Source of the DNA: an uncultured Pseudomonadales bacterium
Lineage (GTDB): Bacteria > Patescibacteriota > Microgenomatia > UBA1400 > PJMF01
Direction of reading: 5' to 3'
Length of the DNA: 64,000 bases
Assembly: GCA_964521215.1 (NCBI GenBank)
Contig: CAZFRD010000001.1
Span: 59,210 to 123,209 of the forward strand
The notes under the pieces were generated by a model. It was given only the letters and a program-made list of their open reading frames with translations, searched no databases and was not told the origin of the DNA. This document shows positions 38,381 through 48,554 of the stretch, piece by piece; within the stretch, counting starts at the first letter, position 1; each line of letters begins with the position of its first letter. A program made the position numbers and the translations under genes.

Positions 38381-38513
38381 AGCACGTAGCTTGGGGTAGC
38401 AATTAGCGATACTTCATAAGTCAGTTCAATAGTTTGCAGAACCATTAGTCTTTTTCTAGGATTTCTTTCTAATCAAACAAAGAAAATAACCGTTGGGAAT
38501 GGTATCCAAAAAG

Positions 38514-40058
38514 TTATTCGATCAAAAAATCACTACCACTTTCACCTTGATAAATATACCCAGTCGTATCTAGAGTAGCATCAGAGTTGCCGATCGTGCC
38601 AATAATGACTTGAAAGGGCACTCGACCAAAACGATGACTTTGTTGTTGGTATTGCGAATCGAGCTTAAAAAGAGCTACCTTGGAGTAAGCTAATGAATGC
38701 CGACAGGCAGGGAAGATATCCCAAGCGCAGATCTCTCGATTGTTACAGATATCAACCACCGTGGTGGCTGTTTCATCAATGGTTAAAGTAGAATATTGTT
38801 TAACGCCAAAAAACACATTATTGATAAAATCATCATCGTGGAAAATAAAGCGAATATTTTGCCCAGGTGATTTGGCTTGAATAAACTCAATTGTACTTTG
38901 TAACTCTGCCAAATCGTTATAGCTATGCCATTGACTAATATAGATTCCCGAAGAAAAAAACATCAAGCCAAATATGCTGAGAATGACAAACTTGGAGCGA
39001 GTGGCTGACATTAAACTCGCCAGAAAGACAAAAGGTAAAAAGAAAAGGGTGCTGAAAAAATAATCCAACTTATCTCCCCTGAAAACTCTGAGCATTATAA
39101 AAATACTGAAAAAATAGAACAAGATTATTATAAAAGAAAGATTCTTAGTTTTCCGATAATGTGCAATCAGGGAAAAGATTCCACCAAAGTAAATAGAGAG
39201 ACCAAAAATTGAATAAAGAGTCTCTTTGCCGAATAATACTCGGTCAAAAAATGCCGGAAAGTAGGTGAAAACATATGTTGGCTTAGAGATTCGTTCAAAA
39301 TACCTCGAATGTTCTTGAGTAAAGTAGTTCAATATCGCTCGGGAGTTGGAAAAATTAGAAGTAATTTCCGCATAGAAATATGGCAGTAAGATAAGAGACA
39401 TTATGATTATGCCACTCGCCCAAAATAGTAGTAGTCGCTGAGAAAAATTGTTTTTGATAGAGTAAATGAAACAAAAAGCAAGCAGGGGTAGTAAGACAGC
39501 AGCTTGATAATGAAACTGAAAAGCGACAATAAATGAAAAACAAGCTATTGGAATAAACCACAGCTGATGGTATTTAACTACTCGGATAGATGAATAGACA
39601 AGAAGCAAAGAGAAAAAAGGAATCATGTTGGGATTCCAGGCCGTCGTACCATACTGCAGGGGAATTGGTGCCACGATATATAACAAACTAGATAATGTTG
39701 CTAACTTGATACCAAATAATTCTTTAATAATCAGAAATAATAAGACCGGACTTAAGGCTTCAACTATGGTCACAACCCACTTCATGACCAGAGGATCATT
39801 GTTGGTGAATAGCGAAAAGATCACATGAATTTGGTAATAAAGTGGAGGCAAATAGAAATTGCCTATGCCCACTTTTGGCCCATAGTCAACTATGATCTGA
39901 TCAAATTTTATTCGTTGACTCATAAGCCATGAGTCTCGAGCAACATCTTGTCCAAACGAAATATGGGTAGAGGAGAAAATCAGGCGGGTGCTCAGACTGA
40001 GAATCAAGATGAGAAGGACTACTAGTGTATTACTGGTCTTGAGCTTGCTATGATACAT
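38514..40058 (-). CDS. polytopic membrane protein, GT-C-like candidate (unnamed family with D-x-x-R-D...WNP motifs)
   Basis: FGQDVARDSWLM...TAWNPNMIPFFSLLL with about 12 transmembrane helices. Related to 51171..52883 and 52904..54319. It is the only minus-strand gene inside the GT39 array. Confidence 0.45.
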   Translation of the reverse strand: MYHSKLKTSNTLVVLLILILSLSTRLIFSSTHISFGQDVARDSWLMSQRIKFDQIIVDYGPKVGIGNFYLPPLYYQIHVIFSLFTNNDPLVMKWVVTIVEALSPVLLFLIIKELFGIKLATLSSLLYIVAPIPLQYGTTAWNPNMIPFFSLLLVYSSIRVVKYHQLWFIPIACFSFIVAFQFHYQAAVLLPLLAFCFIYSIKNNFSQRLLLFWASGIIIMSLILLPYFYAEITSNFSNSRAILNYFTQEHSRYFERISKPTYVFTYFPAFFDRVLFGKETLYSIFGLSIYFGGIFSLIAHYRKTKNLSFIIILFYFFSIFIMLRVFRGDKLDYFFSTLFFLPFVFLASLMSATRSKFVILSIFGLMFFSSGIYISQWHSYNDLAELQSTIEFIQAKSPGQNIRFIFHDDDFINNVFFGVKQYSTLTIDETATTVVDICNNREICAWDIFPACRHSLAYSKVALFKLDSQYQQQSHRFGRVPFQVIIGTIGNSDATLDTTGYIYQGESGSDFLIE

Positions 40059-41768
40059 AATATGCGTAATTTCTCGATTGCTACAATCATTATCTTAGCA
40101 GTCGTTTTTCGTTTCTTCCAGTTGGGAAACCTACCTCCCTCACCTTATTGGGAAGAGGTGGCTCTCGGTTATGATGCCTATTCTATTCTGCAAACTGGTC
40201 GGGATCACCATGGTCATTGGTTTCCTATTGTGGCTTTTGAATCTTTTGGTGACTGGAAGCCCGGCTTTTATATTTACTCGGTTATTCCTAGCATTTTTAT
40301 ATTTGGCTTAAATACTTTTGCCGTGCGTTTACCATCGGCGATAGCTGGTATCGCCATTGTGATTGGTTCTGGCGTTTTGGCCAACTTGTTGTTTTTGACA
40401 AAAAAAACTGCCGACCAACCAGTTGAACAAACTGATCGCTGGTTGCCACTACTAGTCATGTTGGTAGCCGCAGTCGAACCCTGGGGGATTATCTTTTCTC
40501 GTGGAGCCTGGGAGGCTAACTTGGCCAGTGCGTTAATACTCTGGGCAATTATCTGTATCTTCCAACAAGCAAAATTCAATCAAAAGTCAAAGATGGCTGG
40601 CAATTTATTTTTTTCGGCGATACTGACAGCTTTGGCTATGTACACCTATCATGCAGCTCGGATTGCCGCCCCGCTAATGGTCGGGGCGGCATTTATTTTT
40701 CAAGAACTAGAAAATAAAACCATTTGGATCAATGCCAAACAACGAGCGAAACGCTGGCGACAACTAGTTGTGCCCATCATCGTCTTTATCTTGATGTTGT
40801 CACCACTCATAACCAATATTTTTACCAACCAAGTAACCAATCGTTTTGTCACTACCTCGATCTTTTCCAATCTAGAAATTATTATCCAAAGCAACCAACT
40901 GAAAGAAATTGCGGGCAACAACTTATTAGCTCGCTTGTTTTATCATCGATATTTATTATTTGCCAAAGAAATCTCCATTAATTTTGTCAAAAACTTTGAT
41001 CTGGGATATCTTTTCCTCCATGGTGATACCAATCCTCGTCACTCAATTCAGTATTTTGGCCAGTTCTTTCCACTTAGCTTGATACTAATTATTATTGGTA
41101 TGACGGTATTATTTTTTAAACATCGATCCAAAACTTTACTATTTTTGCTTTGGTTTATTGTCGGTTTACTGCCCTCTACTCTAGTAATCGGATCACCGCA
41201 TGCAGTCAGAACGCTGATGATTTTACCCTTTTGGTTCATCATTATTGGCTTAGGTTTGCATCGATGTATTGATTGGTTGTCTCGTGTTAATCAACCAAAA
41301 CAAACCATTGTAACGTTAGTTTTTTCTTTTGTTTTGATAGCGCAGATCAGCATCTTTTGGATCTATTATAGTCAGATCTATCCAGCTAAATACGAACACG
41401 AATGGCAGTTTGGTTATCAACAACTGGTATCAGAGGTCAATCAGTTGGCCACGGCGTTTCCCGATGATCAAATTTATATTACCAGAGAGCAGGGCAGGCC
41501 CGCCATGTACTATTGGTTTTTCTCTCAAACAGATCCACGCTTAGTGCAAGCATATGAAAAGACCGCTTACAAGGATCAAGGCGAATTTCTTCAATTTGGA
41601 AGACTGCATTTTATTGACAAAGCAGACCAAGTATCAACCAGCTTTGGCATCTTAGCCGCATCTCCCTCTTTTACTGCCGATGTGGGACTGGCTACCGATG
41701 GTGATAACGTAACTATAGTTGATTCATTCGGCAAGCCTATTTGGGTCGTCCAACATTATGAAAAATAA
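40050..41768 (+). CDS. GT-C glycosyltransferase, GT39/PMT-ArnT-like (paralog 2)
   Basis: VFRFFQLGNLPPSPYWEEVALGYDAYSILQTGRDHHGHWFPIVAFESFGDWKPGFYIY...AVRLPSAIAGI. Confidence 0.75.
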   Translation: MIHNMRNFSIATIIILAVVFRFFQLGNLPPSPYWEEVALGYDAYSILQTGRDHHGHWFPIVAFESFGDWKPGFYIYSVIPSIFIFGLNTFAVRLPSAIAGIAIVIGSGVLANLLFLTKKTADQPVEQTDRWLPLLVMLVAAVEPWGIIFSRGAWEANLASALILWAIICIFQQAKFNQKSKMAGNLFFSAILTALAMYTYHAARIAAPLMVGAAFIFQELENKTIWINAKQRAKRWRQLVVPIIVFILMLSPLITNIFTNQVTNRFVTTSIFSNLEIIIQSNQLKEIAGNNLLARLFYHRYLLFAKEISINFVKNFDLGYLFLHGDTNPRHSIQYFGQFFPLSLILIIIGMTVLFFKHRSKTLLFLLWFIVGLLPSTLVIGSPHAVRTLMILPFWFIIIGLGLHRCIDWLSRVNQPKQTIVTLVFSFVLIAQISIFWIYYSQIYPAKYEHEWQFGYQQLVSEVNQLATAFPDDQIYITREQGRPAMYYWFFSQTDPRLVQAYEKTAYKDQGEFLQFGRLHFIDKADQVSTSFGILAASPSFTADVGLATDGDNVTIVDSFGKPIWVVQHYEK

Positions 41769-43446
41769 AATACTTTTAGCAATCATTATTATAATTGCTG
41801 CTGGACTGCGCCTCTTTGATTTAGGATCTATTCCCATTGCCCTGAATCGTGATGAAGCCTCGCTGGGATACACCGCCTATTCCTTGTTAAAAACTGGAGC
41901 AGACGAATATGGTAAAAAATGGCCGTTAAATTTGGAGTCTTTTGGCGACTGGAAATTACCCGTATATACTTGGTTCACTATTCCCAGCGTTGCCCTGTTT
42001 GATCTTTCAGCTTGGTCAGTTAGATTACCTTCGGCTTTGGCAGGCATTGCGGCAGTGGGGCTAATTTACCATTTATCATTATTGCTAATCTCTCAGAGTC
42101 GCTACCGCTACCAGTTTGCATTACTGACGGCACTACTGCTGGCAATTTCACCCTGGCATCTCCACTTTTCTCGTCTGGCCTATGAGGCCAATCTCGGTTT
42201 AACCCTGCTGTTAGCAGGCATGCTCTTGCTGTTTAAATATTTTCGCCAGCCAAAAGGCGTGCTAATTATTTTGAGCGCCATGTTCTTTGGACTGACCATG
42301 ATTTGTTATCATGCCTTACAGTTAGTGACGCCACTAATCTTAGTGACAATCATTTTTCTATTTGCAAACAAATTAATTAAAAAACAAACAGCTCGCTTAA
42401 TCGTTTTGCTTGTCGCCAGCGCCTTTGTACTACTACCAATGATCTTTTTATCAACGGTAGCTACCCAACACAGCAACAATGTAAAATTATCAGGCATTTC
42501 TATTTTTGACAAAGAATCATATTTCCGCAGGTCACAGGCTAAACGCCAATATTTTAATAATGATCATTGGTTAATAGCAAAATACTACACCAATATTCCG
42601 CTCGAATTTATCCGTCAATTATTGGTGAATAGTACGACTGCTATCAATCCCGACTTTTTATTTATCAATGGCGCTGGTCATGGGTCGCACGATATCAGTG
42701 GTATCGGCAAACTTTATAGTGCGACCATACCTTTTTTGGTCTTGGGTTTAATGACAATTTTTAGCCGTAACTCTTTATTCAATCGTCAGGTAAGACTTTT
42801 TGTTTTTGGCTGGTTAATAATTGGCTTGCTTCCCGCACTAATTACTTGGCAATCAGCCCATGCCACTCGTTCATACGTTATTGTCATTCCCCTGATATTG
42901 ATCACAGCCCAAGGCATTTTTTGGCTATTTCAGCAACTCAAGAAGCAAAACCCCAAACTGCTCTGGGCGAGTCTGATATTTACATTCGTCGTTTTATTTT
43001 TTCAACTCGGTAGCATGATGATTACTTATTTTATTGTGGCACCACAAAGAGATAGCGAGAACTGGTCGTGGTATGCCCAAGACATGGTGAAGTTTTTGTC
43101 CTTGGCTCGAACGCAAGTCGATCACGTTTATGTTCAGGGTTACAGCTGGTCTCCATATATCTACTACTTATTTTATGCCAAAGTCGATCCACAGTACGCC
43201 CAAACTCATTTAAATCATTTGTCCGCTGATGTTGAGGGCTTTCGACACGTCAATCAATTCGACTCAATCGACTTTGGCGATGTGCCTTTTCAACATTTGA
43301 TTGAAGCGGGTAGTTCGTATGCGGTGTTTGCTCCCAAGAGTCAACTCCCCACTAATTTCAGTCAGGATCCGACTCAATTTGATTATTTTGAAGTATTAAC
43401 CAATCCAAATAGCAGGGAAACCTATGTGGCAGTCTTTAAAAAGTAA
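41758..43446 (+). CDS. GT-C glycosyltransferase, GT39/PMT-ArnT-like (paralog 3)
   Basis: GLRLFDLGSIPIALNRDEASLGYTAYSLLKTGADEYGKKWPLNLESFGDWKLPVYTW...SVRLPSALAGI. Confidence 0.75.
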   Translation: MKNKILLAIIIIIAAGLRLFDLGSIPIALNRDEASLGYTAYSLLKTGADEYGKKWPLNLESFGDWKLPVYTWFTIPSVALFDLSAWSVRLPSALAGIAAVGLIYHLSLLLISQSRYRYQFALLTALLLAISPWHLHFSRLAYEANLGLTLLLAGMLLLFKYFRQPKGVLIILSAMFFGLTMICYHALQLVTPLILVTIIFLFANKLIKKQTARLIVLLVASAFVLLPMIFLSTVATQHSNNVKLSGISIFDKESYFRRSQAKRQYFNNDHWLIAKYYTNIPLEFIRQLLVNSTTAINPDFLFINGAGHGSHDISGIGKLYSATIPFLVLGLMTIFSRNSLFNRQVRLFVFGWLIIGLLPALITWQSAHATRSYVIVIPLILITAQGIFWLFQQLKKQNPKLLWASLIFTFVVLFFQLGSMMITYFIVAPQRDSENWSWYAQDMVKFLSLARTQVDHVYVQGYSWSPYIYYLFYAKVDPQYAQTHLNHLSADVEGFRHVNQFDSIDFGDVPFQHLIEAGSSYAVFAPKSQLPTNFSQDPTQFDYFEVLTNPNSRETYVAVFKK

Positions 43447-45148
43447 AATACTTACCAAATCATTCATATTTTACTGCGCTATTATCTTTGGCATTGGCTT
43501 GCGCCTGATCCAATTTGGTCAAATACCGGTGGGCACCTATTGGGACGAGACGGCAATTTTGATTGATGCGACTACCGTGGCCGAAACTGGACATGATATG
43601 CATCGCAACTCTTGGTTGCAGGCAATCTTTCCCTCATATGGAGATTATAAATTGCCAGTTTATATTTGGTTGAGTAGTCTGGTAGTCAAAGTCATCGGCA
43701 GTCATGAAATTGCCGTCAGACTGCCTAGTTTGGTGGCAGGTTTGGGTACGATTGTTTTAGCGGCAGCCTTAGCGGGTGAACTAGCAAAATACTGGCCCAG
43801 AAAACAACGCCTGGTCTTCCAGTTGGCTGCCGCTAGTGTCGTATCGCTCTCATACTGGGCGATTCTATTTTCTAGAGTTGGCTTTGAGGGACACCTGGCT
43901 CAACTTTGGTTGGGTATTTCATTTTTGCTACTGCTCAAATCAAAGCAAAAAGCTATTTATTGGCCACTAGCTGGTTTATTTGGAGCTCTCGCTTTATTCA
44001 CTTATTACGCTACACGATTTATTTGGCCGGCGCTGTGGTTGCTGATGCTGTTACCAATCCTTTATCAAATGATCAGCAAATCAAATCAGCGCCGGTCGCT
44101 TGTGACCTCTCAGTTGCTGCCGGCAGTTTTATCATTCGCTATTTTTAGTCTGAGTTTATTGGTGATGATTCGCTCGCCGTTATATCCGGCGAGCGAACTT
44201 TTTCGACTCAGTTCTGACTCCATTCTCAATCAAGCGCCATTTGTGGCCCAAGCCAATTTGGCCCAACAAATAGAAGGGCCCACACTGATTGGCAGAGTAG
44301 TACTCCATCGACATATTTTTCAAGCTCAAGCCCTACTCAATCATCTGTCGGCCCATTTTTCTTTAGATTATTTATTTTTCCATGGCGACGCCAACCTGCG
44401 CCACGGCACGAGCCTGCATGGATTATTTCCCGTTTTTTTTCTACCTTTTCTTCTGCTTGGAATAGTCAGCCTTTTTAGACATCACAAAAAAGTCTTCATT
44501 TTCCTCATTTTTTGGTGGGTAATTGGCTTAATTCCTGCTTCGGTACCATATGAAGTGCCTCACTCATTGCGTTCTTTGAATAGTTTATTGCCATTATCCC
44601 TGATTTTTGCCTATGGTTGCTCGGTACTATTTTTGTCTGTCAACCGCACTGCTAAAATCGTACTTAAAATACTAATAGTTGGCGTCGGTTTTGAGTTAGT
44701 TGCATTTAGTTACTTTTTATTTACCACCTACCCCAAGCTGTCAGCTTCCGAATGGCAGGCGGGATACAAACAATTAGCTCAACATGCAATTCAGCACCAA
44801 GCTGACGTCAATAATCTTTGGATCAACTCGGGAGATGGCAGGTTTTACTTATGGTTGTTGGCTTACGGCAATCTGAGCACCCAAGAGATTCAGAAGCTAA
44901 ACTGGCAAAATTACCAACTCGCTACCATCGACAATATCAACCTGCAGGATTTCGTCTATAGTTATGAAGATCTACCTAATACTCCATTTGCCTTAGCGGG
45001 TCGCAGAAAAGAAATCCTAAGTAATTTAGCGATACTCAAACTGACACCGCAAGTGGTAGTACCAATTTATGACGCCAACCAACAGGAACAATTTATTGTG
45101 ACTTACTTCAACCTAAATCAGGAAAGAGCCATTGATGTTACAAAATAA
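43424..45148 (+). CDS. GT-C glycosyltransferase, GT39/PMT-ArnT-like (paralog 4)
   Basis: GLRLIQFGQIPVGTYWDETAILIDA...FPSYGDYKLPVYIWL...AVRLPSLVAGL. Confidence 0.7.
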   Translation: MWQSLKSKILTKSFIFYCAIIFGIGLRLIQFGQIPVGTYWDETAILIDATTVAETGHDMHRNSWLQAIFPSYGDYKLPVYIWLSSLVVKVIGSHEIAVRLPSLVAGLGTIVLAAALAGELAKYWPRKQRLVFQLAAASVVSLSYWAILFSRVGFEGHLAQLWLGISFLLLLKSKQKAIYWPLAGLFGALALFTYYATRFIWPALWLLMLLPILYQMISKSNQRRSLVTSQLLPAVLSFAIFSLSLLVMIRSPLYPASELFRLSSDSILNQAPFVAQANLAQQIEGPTLIGRVVLHRHIFQAQALLNHLSAHFSLDYLFFHGDANLRHGTSLHGLFPVFFLPFLLLGIVSLFRHHKKVFIFLIFWWVIGLIPASVPYEVPHSLRSLNSLLPLSLIFAYGCSVLFLSVNRTAKIVLKILIVGVGFELVAFSYFLFTTYPKLSASEWQAGYKQLAQHAIQHQADVNNLWINSGDGRFYLWLLAYGNLSTQEIQKLNWQNYQLATIDNINLQDFVYSYEDLPNTPFALAGRRKEILSNLAILKLTPQVVVPIYDANQQEQFIVTYFNLNQERAIDVTK

Positions 45149-46724
45149 ACCACTTTTACTTAGCTTGTTGGTCATATTTTTGCTGGGTTTATTTTTTCGG
45201 TTCTTTCAACTCTCCACTACCGCACCCATACTCAATCGTGATGAGGCGGCTTTGGGTTATAACGCCATGTTGCTCAAAGAGACAGGCAGAGACGAGTGGG
45301 GCATCAGTTGGCCGATTACGCCCAGATCTTTCGGTGACAGCAAGCTGATTGGCTACCCACTACTGTTAGTCGGCCTGTTTCAGTTTTTGCCCCAAGCTGA
45401 CTGGGTTGTTCGCTTGCCAGCCATCATTGCGGGCTCATTACTATCCATTCTAGTATATTTTTTTGCTCGACAATTAGGTGTAACCAAAAGTTTCGCTCTT
45501 TTAGCCTCACTGAGTATTGCCGTCAATCCCGTGTTCATCCATTTTTCCCGGTTTGCTTACGAAGCCATGGTAGCTTTGACGTATTTTGTCGCTGCCACTA
45601 CGTTAATCCTTTGCCCCACCAAGCAGTTCAAGCGCAGGCTAGTTTTTGACTTGGTGGCAGCGTTACTCTTTTTTGCCAGTTTGTTGACCTACAACACTCC
45701 ATTGCTATTATTGCCACTTTTGATTTTACTTATTCCAATTCAACGAGGAATGTTTCCCGTTAAGATCTGGCTGAGTTCAGTTGCGATTTTGAGTCTCACC
45801 TGGGTGATTGCACTAGCATTGCTGTTTCCCATGCTGGCGCAAAAAAGTGGCATTTCAATTTTTTCGGATCAAACATACATCCAAGCGTATCCACAGTTTC
45901 GTGCTTCATTTAACACCTTGCTCCGGCCCCTGTTGGGGAATCAATATATTTACTACGGCAAATCAATCCTGACACAAATGTTGAAAAGTTTTTCTGCTCA
46001 TTTTATCGTTACTGCCGGTGGCACCCATCCTTGGCACACGCTCAGAAATCATGGTCATCTCAGCTGGATCATCTATCTTGGTTTTCTCATCGGCATTATC
46101 TCTTATGGAACTAAACTCATTAGACGTGATCGTAGATTAAGCAAAAATAATCATTTTCTAATGCTTTTGTTGATTGGCTCATTAATTCCCGCCAGTATTA
46201 CGGTAGATGCACCCCATGCAACTCGGAGTTTATTATTTTTTGTTTTAGTGACTGTTATCGCCGTTTACGCTTATCAACAATTATCAGCTCATATTCACTT
46301 GTCACTACTGGGAAGATTTACAAAGCGACTTATCATATTGGGAATGCTTGCCACAACTCTCATTGGCGGTCTCTCTTTCTTCACCCAGTATCTAGAAAAC
46401 TATCCTGCCCAAGCTGCTCGGGTTTACCAAGCTGGTTTCGATCAAATAATTACTACTTTAAACAAACAATATCCCAATTCCAATATTGCAGTGGTAGATC
46501 CCGGTGGATTTCAGTATATATTGTTGGCTTGGTACGCCAAATATTCTCCTGCAGAATTTTTTCAAACAATAGTCAAACAACAACCCAACACAATTGGTTT
46601 ACAATATGGTGAAAGTCTCGGTCGCTACCATTTTATTATGCAAGCTTCAGATCAGTCACCGGTGGAGGATATCTTAGTATTTTGGAATGAGTCGACTAAT
46701 CAATGGCAGTACTTACGATCATGA
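45132..46724 (+). CDS. GT-C glycosyltransferase, GT39/PMT-ArnT-like (paralog 5)
   Basis: FFRFFQLSTTAPILNRDEAALGYNAMLLKETGRDEWGISWPITPRSFGDSKLIGY...VVRLPAIIAGS. Confidence 0.7.
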   Translation: MMLQNKPLLLSLLVIFLLGLFFRFFQLSTTAPILNRDEAALGYNAMLLKETGRDEWGISWPITPRSFGDSKLIGYPLLLVGLFQFLPQADWVVRLPAIIAGSLLSILVYFFARQLGVTKSFALLASLSIAVNPVFIHFSRFAYEAMVALTYFVAATTLILCPTKQFKRRLVFDLVAALLFFASLLTYNTPLLLLPLLILLIPIQRGMFPVKIWLSSVAILSLTWVIALALLFPMLAQKSGISIFSDQTYIQAYPQFRASFNTLLRPLLGNQYIYYGKSILTQMLKSFSAHFIVTAGGTHPWHTLRNHGHLSWIIYLGFLIGIISYGTKLIRRDRRLSKNNHFLMLLLIGSLIPASITVDAPHATRSLLFFVLVTVIAVYAYQQLSAHIHLSLLGRFTKRLIILGMLATTLIGGLSFFTQYLENYPAQAARVYQAGFDQIITTLNKQYPNSNIAVVDPGGFQYILLAWYAKYSPAEFFQTIVKQQPNTIGLQYGESLGRYHFIMQASDQSPVEDILVFWNESTNQWQYLRS

Positions 46725-47527
46725 AAATCAACTCTTGCCAGCTATCGGTAGTCCTTGCGATTTACAACGAAGCGCATAACTTAACTCGCTGTTTAGAGTC
46801 CGTCGCCAGCATCGCCGATGAAATCATTGTGGTCGATGGAAATTCAACCGATAATTCTGTAGCCATTGCTCGATCGTTCAAGGCAAAAATCATTTCTACT
46901 TCCAACAAAGCCAATTTTCACATCAATAAACAGCAAGCGATTGATGCGGCAAAAGGACAATTAATCCTTCAGCTTGATGCTGATGAGGCAGTCTCTTGGC
47001 AATTGGCCAAATTCATCAGCGAAATAAAGACCCAGCCAACCAAATATCAAGCCATTGCTGCTTGGTGGTTGATCCGAAAAAACTATTTTCTTGGTCATTG
47101 GCTAAAGAAAGGTGGGCAATACCCAGATCCGGTTATTCGTTTGTTTTGGCGAGGTAAAGCTCAATTACCGCAAAAAGATGTCCACGAGCAAATGCGAGTC
47201 AAAGGCATAATTGGTTGGGCAGAAGGGCACCTAGATCATTTTAGTACACCAACTCTAACTGAGTACGCAAGAAAAATGAACGCTTATACTAGTTTTAAAG
47301 CTAACCAACTGGCAACCGAGAAAATCAAGATTAATGTTCCTAACTTGATAAAATATTTTTTTTATTTGCCAACGCTGACATTTTTTTCATTACTAATTCG
47401 TCACAAAGGTATTCTTGATGGTTGGGCGGGCATGCTTTTTGCTGGACTCAGTAGCGCCCATTTTCCCCTACAATATCTTAAGTTATGGGAAATCTATGAA
47501 ACTCACAAACTCAAACATCAAAGTTAG
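46721..47527 (+). CDS. family 2 glycosyltransferase
   Basis: LSVVLAIYNEAHNLTRCLESV...EIIVVDGNSTDNS...LQLDADE. Its start overlaps the upstream gene's stop within the bases ATGA. Confidence 0.7.
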   Translation: MKINSCQLSVVLAIYNEAHNLTRCLESVASIADEIIVVDGNSTDNSVAIARSFKAKIISTSNKANFHINKQQAIDAAKGQLILQLDADEAVSWQLAKFISEIKTQPTKYQAIAAWWLIRKNYFLGHWLKKGGQYPDPVIRLFWRGKAQLPQKDVHEQMRVKGIIGWAEGHLDHFSTPTLTEYARKMNAYTSFKANQLATEKIKINVPNLIKYFFYLPTLTFFSLLIRHKGILDGWAGMLFAGLSSAHFPLQYLKLWEIYETHKLKHQS

Positions 47528-48554
47528 ACTGGATACGTCACCACTCCAATCGGGACACGAGCTAAGAGGTATTGGTGTTTATACCAGGTTATTGGTACAA
47601 TATTTGTCGGCTGAACCAACCATCATACTAACCACCAACAACACAAACAATAGTCAAGTCGAGCTGGTTCACTACCCCTTTTTTGATTTCTATTTTCCCA
47701 CTTTGCCAATTAAACCCTGGCAGAAAACGGTGGTGACAATTCATGACGTAATTCCTTTAATTTATCCGAATCAATATCCTGCGGGAAAAAAGGGAACAAT
47801 ATATTTTAAAAAACAACTATTGGCTCTTAAATTTATCTCAGCAGTAATTACTGATTCCGAAGTTTCAAAACAAGATATTCATCAATACTTGAAAACGCCA
47901 CTAGCAAGAATATTTGTCGTTCATTTAGCTGGTCAGCCAGAATTGTCTCCAGCCAATGAAGAAGCAATCAGCCATGTCAAAAAGAAATTTGGTTTAAAAA
48001 AACCATATGTCTTGTATGTGGGCGATATTAACTTTAATAAGAATTTGCCCCAACTGATTAAGATGCTTAAATATTTGCCAGATGAAATACAACTTGTTTG
48101 TTTTGGTAAAGCGATGAGAGAAAGTGATATACCCGAATGGAAAGCCATCATCACCCAAGCGGCACTGAGCAATGTTGAATCTCGGATCTGTTTTATTTCC
48201 GATATCCCGCATGACGACTTTTCCACCTTGGCCGCTCTTTACTCTGGCGCATTGTGCTATGTTCAACCATCGCTATATGAAGGCTTTGGTTTACCGGTGT
48301 TAGAAGCCATGCAATGCGCCACCCCAGTCGTCGTCTCCAACTCCGCTTCACTGCCAGAGATAACTGGTGAAGCTGGTTTGTTGGTTGACCCAGACGCAGC
48401 AGCATTGGCCGACGGTGTCTTAAAAGTGTACAACTACTCAAATTCTACCCGTCAAAAAATTATTTCTCTCGGCTTAAGTCATGCCAATACATTTTCTTGG
48501 AAAAAAACCGCCCAGCAAACTATTGAGGTCTACCGAAAGGTACTAGCCAGATGA
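47499..48554 (+). CDS. GT4-type glycosyltransferase (Glycos_transf_1)
   Basis: LYEGFGLPVLEAMQCATPVVVSNSASLPEITGEAGLLVDP. Confidence 0.75.
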   Translation, partial: KLTNSNIKVRLDTSPLQSGHELRGIGVYTRLLVQYLSAEPTIILTTNNTNNSQVELVHYPFFDFYFPTLPIKPWQKTVVTIHDVIPLIYPNQYPAGKKGTIYFKKQLLALKFISAVITDSEVSKQDIHQYLKTPLARIFVVHLAGQPELSPANEEAISHVKKKFGLKKPYVLYVGDINFNKNLPQLIKMLKYLPDEIQLVCFGKAMRESDIPEWKAIITQAALSNVESRICFISDIPHDDFSTLAALYSGALCYVQPSLYEGFGLPVLEAMQCATPVVVSNSASLPEITGEAGLLVDPDAAALADGVLKVYNYSNSTRQKIISLGLSHANTFSWKKTAQQTIEVYRKVLAR

